From Streptosporangiales bacterium (lineage in GTDB: Bacteria; Actinomycetota; Actinomycetes; Streptosporangiales; WHST01), in assembly GCA_036378185.1 (NCBI GenBank), contig DASUWX010000234.1, forward strand, positions 17,120 to 81,119: DNA of 64,000 nucleotides, given 5' to 3'. A model generated the notes under the pieces. It saw only the letters and a list, made by a program, of their open reading frames with translations. It did no database searches and was not told where the DNA came from. Within the stretch, counting starts at the first letter, position 1. Each line of letters starts with the position of its first letter. Below, one piece after another: positions 20,496 to 28,679 of the stretch. The translations under genes and the position numbers were made by a program.

Positions 20496-21500
20496 TCAGT
20501 TGGTGCGGATCGCGCGGAGCGACTCCCGCAGGGAACCGATCGTGGCGGTGAGGGCCGTCGGCTCGTACCCGCAGTGGGCCATGCAGTTGGCGCACCGCGG
20601 GTCCCGGCCCCGTCCGTACGCCTCCCAGTCGGTGGTGTCGAGCAGCTCCTGGTAGCTGCTGGCGTACCCGTCGCCCATCAGGTAGCAGGGCTTCTGCCAG
20701 CCGAACAGCGAGTACGACGGAATGCCCCAGGCGGTGCAGGGGAAGTCGAGCTTGCCCTCGAGGAAGTCGAGGAACAGCGGGGAGTGGTTCAGCCGCCACC
20801 GCTGGCGCCGGCCGTCGGCGAAGGCCTTGCGGAACAGCTCGCGGGTCTCCTCGACGCCGAGGAAGTGCTCCTGGTCGGGCGCCTTCTCGTACGCGTACGC
20901 CGGGGAGAGCATCATCCCGTCGACGTTCAGCTCGTTGTTGAGGAAGTCCAGCACCTCGATCACGGTCTGTGGCGTGTCGGTGTTGAAGAACGTGGTGTTC
21001 GTCGTCACCCGGAACCCGCGGCGCTGCGCCTCCCTGACGTTGTCGACCGCCTGCCGGAACACGCCCTTCTTCGCCACCGACGCGTCGTGGCGCTCCTCCA
21101 GCCCGTCGATGTGGATCGCGAAGGACAGGTACGGCGACGGCCGCAGCTTGTCGATCTTGCGCGGGATGAGCAGCGCGTTCGTGCACAGGTAGACGAACTT
21201 CTTCCGCTCGACCAGGCCCGCGACGATGTCCTCGACCTGGGGGTGCATCAGCGGCTCGCCGCCGGCCAGGCATACCACCGGCGCGCCGCACTCGTCCACG
21301 GCGGCCAGCGCCTGCTCCACCGGCATGCGCTGCTTCAGCACGCTGGCGGGGTGCTGGATCTTCCCGCAGCCCTCGCACTTGAGGTTGCAGGCGAACAACG
21401 GCTCCAGCTCGAGTGTGACCGGGTATTTCGTCCGGCCCTTGAGCCGCTGTTTCACCAGGTACGCGCCCACCTTGACGGCCTGACGCAGTGGGATGCTCAT
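20496..21500 (-). CDS. hpnH: Radical SAM enzyme, adenosyl-hopene transferase HpnH-like
   Basis: CNLKCEGC (CX3CX2C) cluster near the N-terminus. Near full-length resemblance to my recollection of streptomycete HpnH (LEPLFACNLKCEGCGKIQHP..., PCYLM.DGY, DPRCANCMAHCGYEPTA). GAAGGAGG RBS before the ATG. Confidence 0.82.
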   Translation of the reverse strand: MSIPLRQAVKVGAYLVKQRLKGRTKYPVTLELEPLFACNLKCEGCGKIQHPASVLKQRMPVEQALAAVDECGAPVVCLAGGEPLMHPQVEDIVAGLVERKKFVYLCTNALLIPRKIDKLRPSPYLSFAIHIDGLEERHDASVAKKGVFRQAVDNVREAQRRGFRVTTNTTFFNTDTPQTVIEVLDFLNNELNVDGMMLSPAYAYEKAPDQEHFLGVEETRELFRKAFADGRRQRWRLNHSPLFLDFLEGKLDFPCTAWGIPSYSLFGWQKPCYLMGDGYASSYQELLDTTDWEAYGRGRDPRCANCMAHCGYEPTALTATIGSLRESLRAIRTN

Positions 21501-21601
21501 CGGACGCCTCCTTCACCCGAGTACGGCGGGCACGTCGTATCCAGGTGACACCCGATTGACGGCACAGGGCAAGTGCTGAACTGGACAGATTCTGCCCGCG
21601 A

Positions 21602-22684
21602 TCAGGAGGCCAGCCGCACCGACAGGGTCAGCGGGCCGGGCGGGCGGGTCCACGAGACGGTCCCGCGGTGCCGCGACGAGTGCGCGCCGGGCTCGGTCAG
21701 CCTCGCCGCCGCGAGGTTCAGCGAGACCGTGCCGCTCGTGACGCTGTCGGGCACCTCGAACACGACGGCCGAGCCCGGCTTCTCGCCGCCCGCCGACTCC
21801 AGCGGCAGGTCGCGGTGTCCCTTCTCGGCGGCCACGGGCCGCCCGTGCGACGGCTGGAAGCGGAACGCCTTCGCGTCGTCGAACTCCTCGTGCAGGATGC
21901 CGCAGACGAGCAGGCCGCACACCAGCCGGGGCATCGGCACGGACAGGAACGCGCGCCCCTTCGGCGCCCAGCCGTACGCGGGCGTGTACGTCGTCAGGGA
22001 CGCGGCGGCGTTCTCGGCGCCGACGGCGTTCAGCGCGTCGATGCTGTCCCGCTGGAGGTGGCCCCGCCAGTAGGCGGCCACCGGCACCTTGCTGTCCCAC
22101 CTGGCCTCGCCCTGCTCGATCCGGTAGGTGTCGACGAGCACCCGGCCGGTCCGCAGGTCGAGCTCCTCGGTATGCCCGTCGTCCACGGCCTTCAGCACGA
22201 CGGACGCGCCGCGTGCCGCGCTGAGCTCGACGAGCTGGGTGCTGGCCGGCGCACGCGAACCGTGGGCCGGGCGCACCGGCAGCCTCGGCAGCGACGTCGC
22301 GTGACCCGCGACCAGCACCGAGACCCGCACCGGGTGGTCGTGCCTCGCCGGGAAGGCCGCGTATGCGCGAGCCGGGTCCACCGCGGCCAGGACGAGCTGT
22401 TCCCCGTCGGCGGCGCGTACGGGGCTGGTCCCGAGCAGGTCGGCGGCCTGCTGCTCGAGCTTCGCGCCCGTGGCCACCCACTGCACCGCCAGCGTGTAGT
22501 GCGGGCCGTCGAGCCGGGCGCCCCGCAGCGTCCGCTGCTCGAGGCCCGGGTAGCCGAACCCCGCCGCCTTCACGGCGGGGACGGTCACCGTACGCGCCCC
22601 GTGCAGCACGGGCTCCCCGGAGCACGCGGTGGTCGTCGCGGCGAGCCCGACGAGCAGGGCCGCGCACAGCACGCGTCGCGGCAT
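21602..22684 (-). CDS. Putative lipoprotein, function unknown
   Basis: Signal peptide with lipobox (LLVGLAATTTAC). No recognisable domain. Lies upstream of, and co-directional with, hpnH. Confidence 0.65.
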   Translation of the reverse strand: MPRRVLCAALLVGLAATTTACSGEPVLHGARTVTVPAVKAAGFGYPGLEQRTLRGARLDGPHYTLAVQWVATGAKLEQQAADLLGTSPVRAADGEQLVLAAVDPARAYAAFPARHDHPVRVSVLVAGHATSLPRLPVRPAHGSRAPASTQLVELSAARGASVVLKAVDDGHTEELDLRTGRVLVDTYRIEQGEARWDSKVPVAAYWRGHLQRDSIDALNAVGAENAAASLTTYTPAYGWAPKGRAFLSVPMPRLVCGLLVCGILHEEFDDAKAFRFQPSHGRPVAAEKGHRDLPLESAGGEKPGSAVVFEVPDSVTSGTVSLNLAAARLTEPGAHSSRHRGTVSWTRPPGPLTLSVRLAS

Positions 22685-22802
22685 CCAGCGGGTGGCGATG
22701 AGATCCCCCCTTCGGCGCCGCTTTCCGGGCGAGGCGAGGTTACCGCACGGAATTTAGTTGGACGTCCTACAATTGCGGGAGAGGCAGCACCGAGGAGGCG
22801 AC

Positions 22803-24500
22803 GTGGACGCAGCCGAGATCGAGGCGGGGCGCGAGCGCTGGCGCAGGCGGTACGAGGCGCGACCGCCGCGCGACGCGGACTTCACGACGCTGTCGGGCGT
22901 CGAGGTCGACCCGGTCTACGGGCCGCCCGAGGGCACGGACGCGCCCGGGTTCGAGAAGGTCGGCTGGCCGGGGGAGTTCCCGTTCACCCGGGGGCTCTAC
23001 GCCTCCGGCTACCGCGGCCGGCCGTGGACGATCCGGCAGTTCGCCGGCTTCGGCAACGCCAGGCAGACCAACGAGCGGTACAAGATGATCCTCGCCGCCG
23101 GCGGCGGCGGGCTGTCGGTGGCGTTCGACATGCCGACGCTGATGGGCCGCGACTCCGACGACGCCAGGTCGCTCGGCGAGGTCGGGCACTGCGGCGTGGC
23201 GATCGACTCCGCCGCCGACATGGACATCCTCTTCGAGGGCATCCCGCTGGCCGACGTCACGACGTCGATGACGATCAGCGGCCCGGCGGTGCCGATCTTC
23301 TGCATGTACCTCGTCGCCGCCGAGCGCCAGGGCGCCGACGTGCACGCGCTGGACGGCACGCTGCAGACCGACATCTTCAAGGAGTACATCGCCCAGAAGG
23401 AGTGGCTGTTCCCGCCCGAGCCGCACCTGCGCCTGATCGGCGACCTGATGGCGTACTGCACCGAGCAGGTGCCGCGGTACAAGCCGCTCTCGGTGTCCGG
23501 CTACCACATCCGCGAGGCGGGCTCGACGGCCGCGCAGGAGCTGGCGTTCACGCTCGCGGACGGCTTCGGCTACGTCGAGCTCGGCCTGTCCCGCGGGCTC
23601 GACATCGAGACGTTCGCGCCCGGGCTGTCGTTCTTCTTCGACAGCCACGTCGACTTCTTCGAGGAGATCGCGAAGTTCCGGGCGGCCCGCCGGATCTGGG
23701 CCCGCTGGATGCGCGACGTGTACGGCGCGAAGACCGAGCGCGCGCAGTGGCTGCGCTTCCACACGCAGACCGCCGGTGTCTCGCTGACGGCGCAGCAGCC
23801 GTACAACAACGTGGTCCGCACGGCGGTGGAGGCGCTGGCCGCGGTGCTCGGCGGCACGAACTCGCTGCACACGAACGCGCTGGACGAGACGCTCGCGCTG
23901 CCCACCGAGCAGGCGGCCGAGATCGCGCTGCGCACCCAGCAGGTGATCCAGGAGGAGACCGGCGTCACCAACGTCGTCGACCCGCTCGGCGGGTCCTGGT
24001 ACGTCGAGGCGCTCACCGACGAGATCGAGCGCGAGGCGGAGGAGATCTTCGCGAAGATCAAGGACATGGGCGCGGCCGACCCCGCGGCGGTCCAGGCGCA
24101 CGGCGAGATCACCGCGGGGCTGCTGCGCGGCATCGAGGACGGCTGGTTCACCTCCGAGATCGCCGAGTCGGCGTTCGAGTACCAGCAGAAGCTGGAGAAG
24201 GGCGACAAGAGGATCGTCGGGGTCAACACCCACCAGGGCTCGGTGACCGCGCCGCTGGAGATCCTGCGCATCAGTCACGAGGTCGAGCGCGAGCAGAACC
24301 GCACGCTCGCCGAGCGGCGGGCCGCGCGCGACGACGCGGCCATGCGCACGGCGCTGCAGCGCATGGTCGAGGTCGCCCGGGGCGACGGCAACGTCATCCC
24401 CGCGATGCTCGACGCGGCCCGCGCCGAGGCGACGCTGGGGGAGATCTGCGACGCGCTGAAGCGCGAATGGGGCGAGTACCGCGAGCCGGCCCGCTTCTGA
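22803..24500 (+). CDS. icmA: Acyl-CoA mutase large (substrate-binding TIM-barrel) subunit, isobutyryl-CoA-mutase (IcmA)-type; no B12-binding domain
   Basis: Collinear with the methylmalonyl-CoA mutase catalytic domain. The two substrate-specificity positions are Phe (RQFAGFG, versus RQYAGF in MCM) and Gln (YIAQKEW, versus MVRNTYI in MCM). GTG 22803 lies behind GAGGAGG, and the ORF opens at TTG 22758. Confidence 0.82.
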   Translation: MDAAEIEAGRERWRRRYEARPPRDADFTTLSGVEVDPVYGPPEGTDAPGFEKVGWPGEFPFTRGLYASGYRGRPWTIRQFAGFGNARQTNERYKMILAAGGGGLSVAFDMPTLMGRDSDDARSLGEVGHCGVAIDSAADMDILFEGIPLADVTTSMTISGPAVPIFCMYLVAAERQGADVHALDGTLQTDIFKEYIAQKEWLFPPEPHLRLIGDLMAYCTEQVPRYKPLSVSGYHIREAGSTAAQELAFTLADGFGYVELGLSRGLDIETFAPGLSFFFDSHVDFFEEIAKFRAARRIWARWMRDVYGAKTERAQWLRFHTQTAGVSLTAQQPYNNVVRTAVEALAAVLGGTNSLHTNALDETLALPTEQAAEIALRTQQVIQEETGVTNVVDPLGGSWYVEALTDEIEREAEEIFAKIKDMGAADPAAVQAHGEITAGLLRGIEDGWFTSEIAESAFEYQQKLEKGDKRIVGVNTHQGSVTAPLEILRISHEVEREQNRTLAERRAARDDAAMRTALQRMVEVARGDGNVIPAMLDAARAEATLGEICDALKREWGEYREPARF

Positions 24501-24502
24501 CC

Positions 24503-24547
24503 GTCACCACCTGCCGGTTCTCCGCCGGGGTGAGGCAGGATGGTGAC
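24503..24547 (+). other. Intercistronic hairpin GTCACCACCTGCC ... GGCAGGATGGTGAC abutting the next start codon
   Basis: 13/14-nt arms with a single 1-nt bulge and an 18-nt loop. It ends 1 nt before ATG 24548. Confidence 0.45.
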
Positions 24548-25468
24548 ATGAGTTCGCAGAACTTCTCGGCGGCGGGTGCCGTCGACCTGTCCGCGCTCGC
24601 CGCCCGCAGCCAGGCGTCCGCGCCCGCGGGGGACGGAACGTCCGCCGGCGGCCTCGTCCTCGACGTCACGGAGCAGAACTTCGAGGCCGAGGTGCTGCAG
24701 CGGTCGATGACCGTCCCCGTGGTCATCGACTTCTGGGCCGACTGGTGCCAGCCGTGCAAGCAGCTGAGCCCAGTCCTGGAACGGCTGATCGCCTCGTACG
24801 GCGGGCGGCTCGTGCTCGCCAAGATCGACGCCGACGCCAACCAGCGGCTCGCCGCCGCCGCGCAGATCCAGAGCCTGCCGACGGTGCTCGGCGTGTTGAA
24901 GGGCCAGCTCGTCCCGCTGTTCATGGGCGCGCTGCCGGAGGCCGACGTGCAGCGCTACCTCGACGAGCTGCTCAAGGTCGCCGAGGCCAACGGCGTCACG
25001 GGCCGGGTGGAGGCCGGCGACGGTGCGGGCGCGGATGCCCCGCAGGAGCCCGTCGCCGACCCCAAGTACGCGGCCGCGGACGAGGCGCTCGGCAACGGCG
25101 ACCTGCCGGGCGCGATCGCCGCGTACGAGAAGATCCTGGCGTCCGAGCCCGCGGACGAGATCGCCACGGCAGGCCTGGCCAGGGCCAAGCTGCTCGACCG
25201 CACGCAGGGGCTGGACGTCCGGCAGGTGCGTGACGCCGCCGCGGCGGACCCCGCCGACGCCGCCGCACAGTGCGCCGCCGCCGACCTCGACGTCTACCAC
25301 GGCAACGTCGACGACGCCTTCAACCGGCTCGTCGCGACCGTGAAGCGGGTGTCCGGCGACGACCGCGACAAGGTCCGCCAGCACCTGCTGGAGCTGTTCA
25401 CCGCCGTCGGCACGAAGGACCCGCGGGTCGCGAAGGCGCGCCGCGCCCTGGCGAGCGCCCTCTTCTAG
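24548..25468 (+). CDS. Thioredoxin-domain protein with C-terminal TPR-like region (YbbN/CnoX-like)
   Basis: ATG 24548 inside ORF 21668..25468. Thioredoxin fold with a WCQPC active site, followed by an alpha-helical TPR-like tail. Confidence 0.85.
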   Translation: MSSQNFSAAGAVDLSALAARSQASAPAGDGTSAGGLVLDVTEQNFEAEVLQRSMTVPVVIDFWADWCQPCKQLSPVLERLIASYGGRLVLAKIDADANQRLAAAAQIQSLPTVLGVLKGQLVPLFMGALPEADVQRYLDELLKVAEANGVTGRVEAGDGAGADAPQEPVADPKYAAADEALGNGDLPGAIAAYEKILASEPADEIATAGLARAKLLDRTQGLDVRQVRDAAAADPADAAAQCAAADLDVYHGNVDDAFNRLVATVKRVSGDDRDKVRQHLLELFTAVGTKDPRVAKARRALASALF

Positions 25469-25470
25469 TC

Positions 25471-25526
25471 CCGTGATCATGAGGACTTCGCGTCGTCACA
25501 GCGGCACGAAGTCTTCATGATCATGG
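25471..25526 (+). terminator. Strong hairpin (17-20 bp stem, 16-nt loop) downstream of the thioredoxin-like gene
   Basis: TGATCATGAGGACTTCG (25474-25490) pairs with CGAAGTCTTCATGATCA (25507-25523) with one G-T pair, and extends to 25471/25526. There is no clear U-tract, so an operator role is also possible. Confidence 0.5.
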
Positions 25527-25549
25527 AGGACGGCGGCTAGGTTGCACGG

Positions 25550-26608
25550 ATGGGGAGCACGACGGCGACCGCGCCGGCGGTGAGCGGTGACGAGGTCGTC
25601 TTCCGGCTCGCCGATCCCGGGCACGAGCTGCGCGGTGTGCGGCTGTGGCAGGACGTCGGGCTCCCCGGCGGTGACACCTGGTTCACCCGGACGCCGGACG
25701 GGTGGTCCCTGCGGGTGCCGCGGCCGCCCGTCGACCGGCTGGAGTACCTGTTCGAACTCCGCCGGCGTGACGGTACCGAGCTGGTGCTCGACCCGGCCAA
25801 CCCGCGCTCGGTCGACGGCGCCTTCGGCGCGCACTCCGTCCTCGAGTTCCCCGGTTACCGTGCGCCGTGGTGGCTGGACGCCGACGGCGTCGCGTCCCGC
25901 CGCGAGACGGTCGACGTCGACGCCCCCGGTCTGGGCGGCACCGTCGACTGCGTCGTGTGGTCGCCCGCCGACGCCGCGGCCCGAGAGCCGCTGCCGCTGC
26001 TGGTCGTGCACGACGGGCCCGCATACGACCGGCTCGGCGGCCTCACCGGGTACACCTCGGCCATGATCGCCGCGGGCCGGTTGCCGCGGCACCGGGTCGC
26101 GCTGCTGGCGCCGGGACGCCGCGACGAGTGGTACTCCGCGAACCCGGCGTACGCGGACGCGCTCTGCGAGACGGTGCTGCCGGCGCTCACCGGCCGGTAC
26201 CCCTCTGCGGCTCCGTTCGTCGGCGTCGGCGCGAGCCTCGGGGCACTGGCCCTGCTGCATGCGCAGCGGCGGCACCCGCACGTGTTCGGCGGGCTGTTCC
26301 TGCAGTCCGGCAGCTACTTCGTCCCGGTGCACGACCACATGGAGGCCTCCTTCCCGTGGTTCGGCCGGGTCGCGCGCTGGGTGGCGGCGGCCGGCCGGGC
26401 CGGCGGTGTCGAGCCGGTCCGCGCCGTCCTCACCTGCGGCACGGTCGAGGAGAACCTGCGCAACAACCAGCTGATGCACCGGCTGCTCAGCCGGCAGCAC
26501 TACGCCGCCCGCCTCGTCGCCGTCAGGGACGCGCACAACTACACCGGTTGGCGGGACTGCCTGGACCCGCACCTGACCTCGCTGCTCCGGCAGGTGTGGC
26601 GTGCCTGA
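25550..26608 (+). CDS. Putative esterase (esterase D / enterochelin-esterase fold) with an N-terminal E-set/CBM48-like beta-sandwich
   Basis: The N-terminus shows the pattern V.F.L...(V.LW)...W....P......Y.F........DP.NP. The C-terminus has LLVVHDG...WY and the nucleophile elbow GASLGA. Confidence 0.72.
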   Translation: MGSTTATAPAVSGDEVVFRLADPGHELRGVRLWQDVGLPGGDTWFTRTPDGWSLRVPRPPVDRLEYLFELRRRDGTELVLDPANPRSVDGAFGAHSVLEFPGYRAPWWLDADGVASRRETVDVDAPGLGGTVDCVVWSPADAAAREPLPLLVVHDGPAYDRLGGLTGYTSAMIAAGRLPRHRVALLAPGRRDEWYSANPAYADALCETVLPALTGRYPSAAPFVGVGASLGALALLHAQRRHPHVFGGLFLQSGSYFVPVHDHMEASFPWFGRVARWVAAAGRAGGVEPVRAVLTCGTVEENLRNNQLMHRLLSRQHYAARLVAVRDAHNYTGWRDCLDPHLTSLLRQVWRA

Positions 26609-27344
26609 ACGGGTGATGACGCTCCCGGCGCCGGGAGCCGGCGGTGCGGGCACCGTGGTGGTGCACGGCCACTGGGGTCGCCCGGTGCTCGTGTTCCCGT
26701 CCGAGCAGGGCAGTGCCTGGGACTTCGAGAACAACGGCATGGTCGGCGCGGTGGGCGACCTGGTCGAGGCGGGCCGGGTGAAGCTGTACTGCGTCGACAG
26801 CCACGACGGCGCGACCTGGTCGGACACGACGCTGCCGCTCGAGGAACGCGCCCGGCGGCACGCCGGCTACGACGCGTGGATCCTCGACGAGGTCGTGCCG
26901 TTCGTCCGCGGCGACTGCGACGGGGCCGGCGAGGTGGCGACGCTCGGCTGCAGTCTCGGCGCGTACCACGCGCTGAACTTCGCGCTGCGGCACGCGGACG
27001 TGTTCCCGCTCGCGCTCTGCTTCTCCGGCAACTACGACCCGTCCGCCTGGCACGGCTGGGGCGAGCGCGGCGACGCCACGTACTTCAACAACCCGATGGA
27101 CTACGTCCCGCGCCTGCACGGCGGCCACCTCGACTGGCTGCGCTCGCGGCTGTCCGTCCTGCTCGTGTGCGGACGCGGGCAGTGGGAGGACACGACCGGC
27201 GCACTGGACGGCACGCTCGCCATGGGCGCCGCGCTCATGGACAGGGGCATCCGGTGCGAGCTCGACGTCTGGGGCGGCGAGTGGCCACACGATTGGCCGT
27301 CATGGCGGGCCCAGCTGGCCAAGCACCTACCGCGGTTCTGCTGA
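26601..27344 (+). CDS. Putative esterase family protein (second, short paralog class)
   Basis: 8-nt overlap with the previous gene (GTG 26601; alternative ATG 26616). Nucleophile elbow GCSLGA. His-containing C-terminal motif EWPHDW. Confidence 0.72.
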   Translation: MPERVMTLPAPGAGGAGTVVVHGHWGRPVLVFPSEQGSAWDFENNGMVGAVGDLVEAGRVKLYCVDSHDGATWSDTTLPLEERARRHAGYDAWILDEVVPFVRGDCDGAGEVATLGCSLGAYHALNFALRHADVFPLALCFSGNYDPSAWHGWGERGDATYFNNPMDYVPRLHGGHLDWLRSRLSVLLVCGRGQWEDTTGALDGTLAMGAALMDRGIRCELDVWGGEWPHDWPSWRAQLAKHLPRFC

Positions 27345-27363
27345 ACCCGAAAGGAGCAGTCCG

Positions 27364-28626
27364 ATGACCGAGACCCACCTGCTGGGGATGCTGCTCGGCA
27401 CCGAGGAGGACTGGCCCCGCGCGCTGGAGACCCTGGTCGGCCGGCTCGGCGCGGTGACCGCGCCGGACGGCAGCCGGCACGAGCTGCGCACCGAACGGAT
27501 CACGATCGAGCCGTTCGACCTGCGGGCGAAGCCGCGCTACGACCTGGTGATCGACCGCCTCGCGTACTGGTACTACGTGCCGCGCGAGTGGCTGAAGAAG
27601 GTCGCCCTGATGGACGACGTCTACCTGCTGAACAGCCCGTTCACGTTCCAGTCGATGGAGAAGCACTCGGCGTACTGCGCGCTCATCCGGCTCGGCTTCA
27701 AGGTGCCGCACACCGTGCTCGTCCCGTACAAGAACCCGGTCGACAACGTGCGGTGCGCGTACACGGCGGCCAGGTACAACCAGCCCTTCGACCTCGACGA
27801 CGTCGCCGCGCAGATCGGCTACCCGCTGTTCATGAAGCCGTTCGACGGCGGCGGGTGGCGTGGTGTGTCGCGCATCCGTGACCGGCGCGAGCTGCACGAG
27901 GCGTACGACAGCTCGGGCCAGATGCTCATGCACCTGCAGGAGTCGGTGGAGGGCTACGACGTGTTCTGCCGCGCGCTGTCGATCGGGCCGGAGACGATGG
28001 TGATGAAGTTCCGCCCCGAGCGGCCGATGCACGAGCGGTACGCCGTCGAGCACGACTTCCTCGACCCGGAGCGGGGGTTCGAGGCGGTGACGGTGAGCCG
28101 CCTCGTCAACGCGTTCTTCCGCTGGGAGTTCAACTCGGCCGAGATGCTCGTGCGCGGCGAGGACCTCTACCCGATCGACTACGCCAACGCCTGCCCGGAC
28201 GTCGCGGTCACCAGCCTGCACTACTACTTCCCGTGGGCGATGAAGGCGCTGCTGCGCTGGTCGGTGTTCTGCCTGGCGACCGGACGGCGGTCGCGCGCGG
28301 TGAGCATGGACATGGCGCCGTACGTCGCCGTCGGCGACGACCCTGAACTGAGCTACGCCGACAAGCTGCGCGCGTACCGTCGCCTCGCCGACGGCTACTT
28401 CGACACCGAGCGGTACGAGGACTTCTGCGCGAGCGCGCTCGGCCACGTGGACGAGCTCGTCCTCGAATGGGTGACCGGCGCCGACTTCGACCGGCTGCTC
28501 GTCGACACGGTGCGCGCCACGTACCCGGTGCACGAGCACGACCGCTTCGTCGCGCACTTCCGCGGCCTGGTCGACCTCTGGGTGCGCGACGAACAGGGCC
28601 GTGTCGGGGCCCCCGAGTCGGTGTGA
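27364..28626 (+). CDS. ATP-grasp fold ligase-like protein, substrate unknown
   Basis: ATP-grasp core (IGYPLFMKPFDGGGWRGVSRIRDRRELHEAYD ... EFNSAEMLVRGEDLYPIDYANACPD). The C-terminal ~120 aa have no family I recognise. Confidence 0.7.
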   Translation: MTETHLLGMLLGTEEDWPRALETLVGRLGAVTAPDGSRHELRTERITIEPFDLRAKPRYDLVIDRLAYWYYVPREWLKKVALMDDVYLLNSPFTFQSMEKHSAYCALIRLGFKVPHTVLVPYKNPVDNVRCAYTAARYNQPFDLDDVAAQIGYPLFMKPFDGGGWRGVSRIRDRRELHEAYDSSGQMLMHLQESVEGYDVFCRALSIGPETMVMKFRPERPMHERYAVEHDFLDPERGFEAVTVSRLVNAFFRWEFNSAEMLVRGEDLYPIDYANACPDVAVTSLHYYFPWAMKALLRWSVFCLATGRRSRAVSMDMAPYVAVGDDPELSYADKLRAYRRLADGYFDTERYEDFCASALGHVDELVLEWVTGADFDRLLVDTVRATYPVHEHDRFVAHFRGLVDLWVRDEQGRVGAPESV

Positions 28627-28679
28627 GCGGGCGTCAGGCGCGGACGGCGCTCGGTTCCTCCCAGTCCGCGCGGCGACCG

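Noticed and set aside
22684-22802. A cobalamin riboswitch or a defined promoter upstream of the mutase gene, and the GGACGTCC palindrome within AATTTAGTTGGACGTCCTACAATTG.
   Set aside because: There is no B12-box-like sequence. TTGGAC and TACAAT are only 4 nt apart, so they cannot be a -35/-10 pair. The palindrome is only 8 bp with poorly matching flanks.
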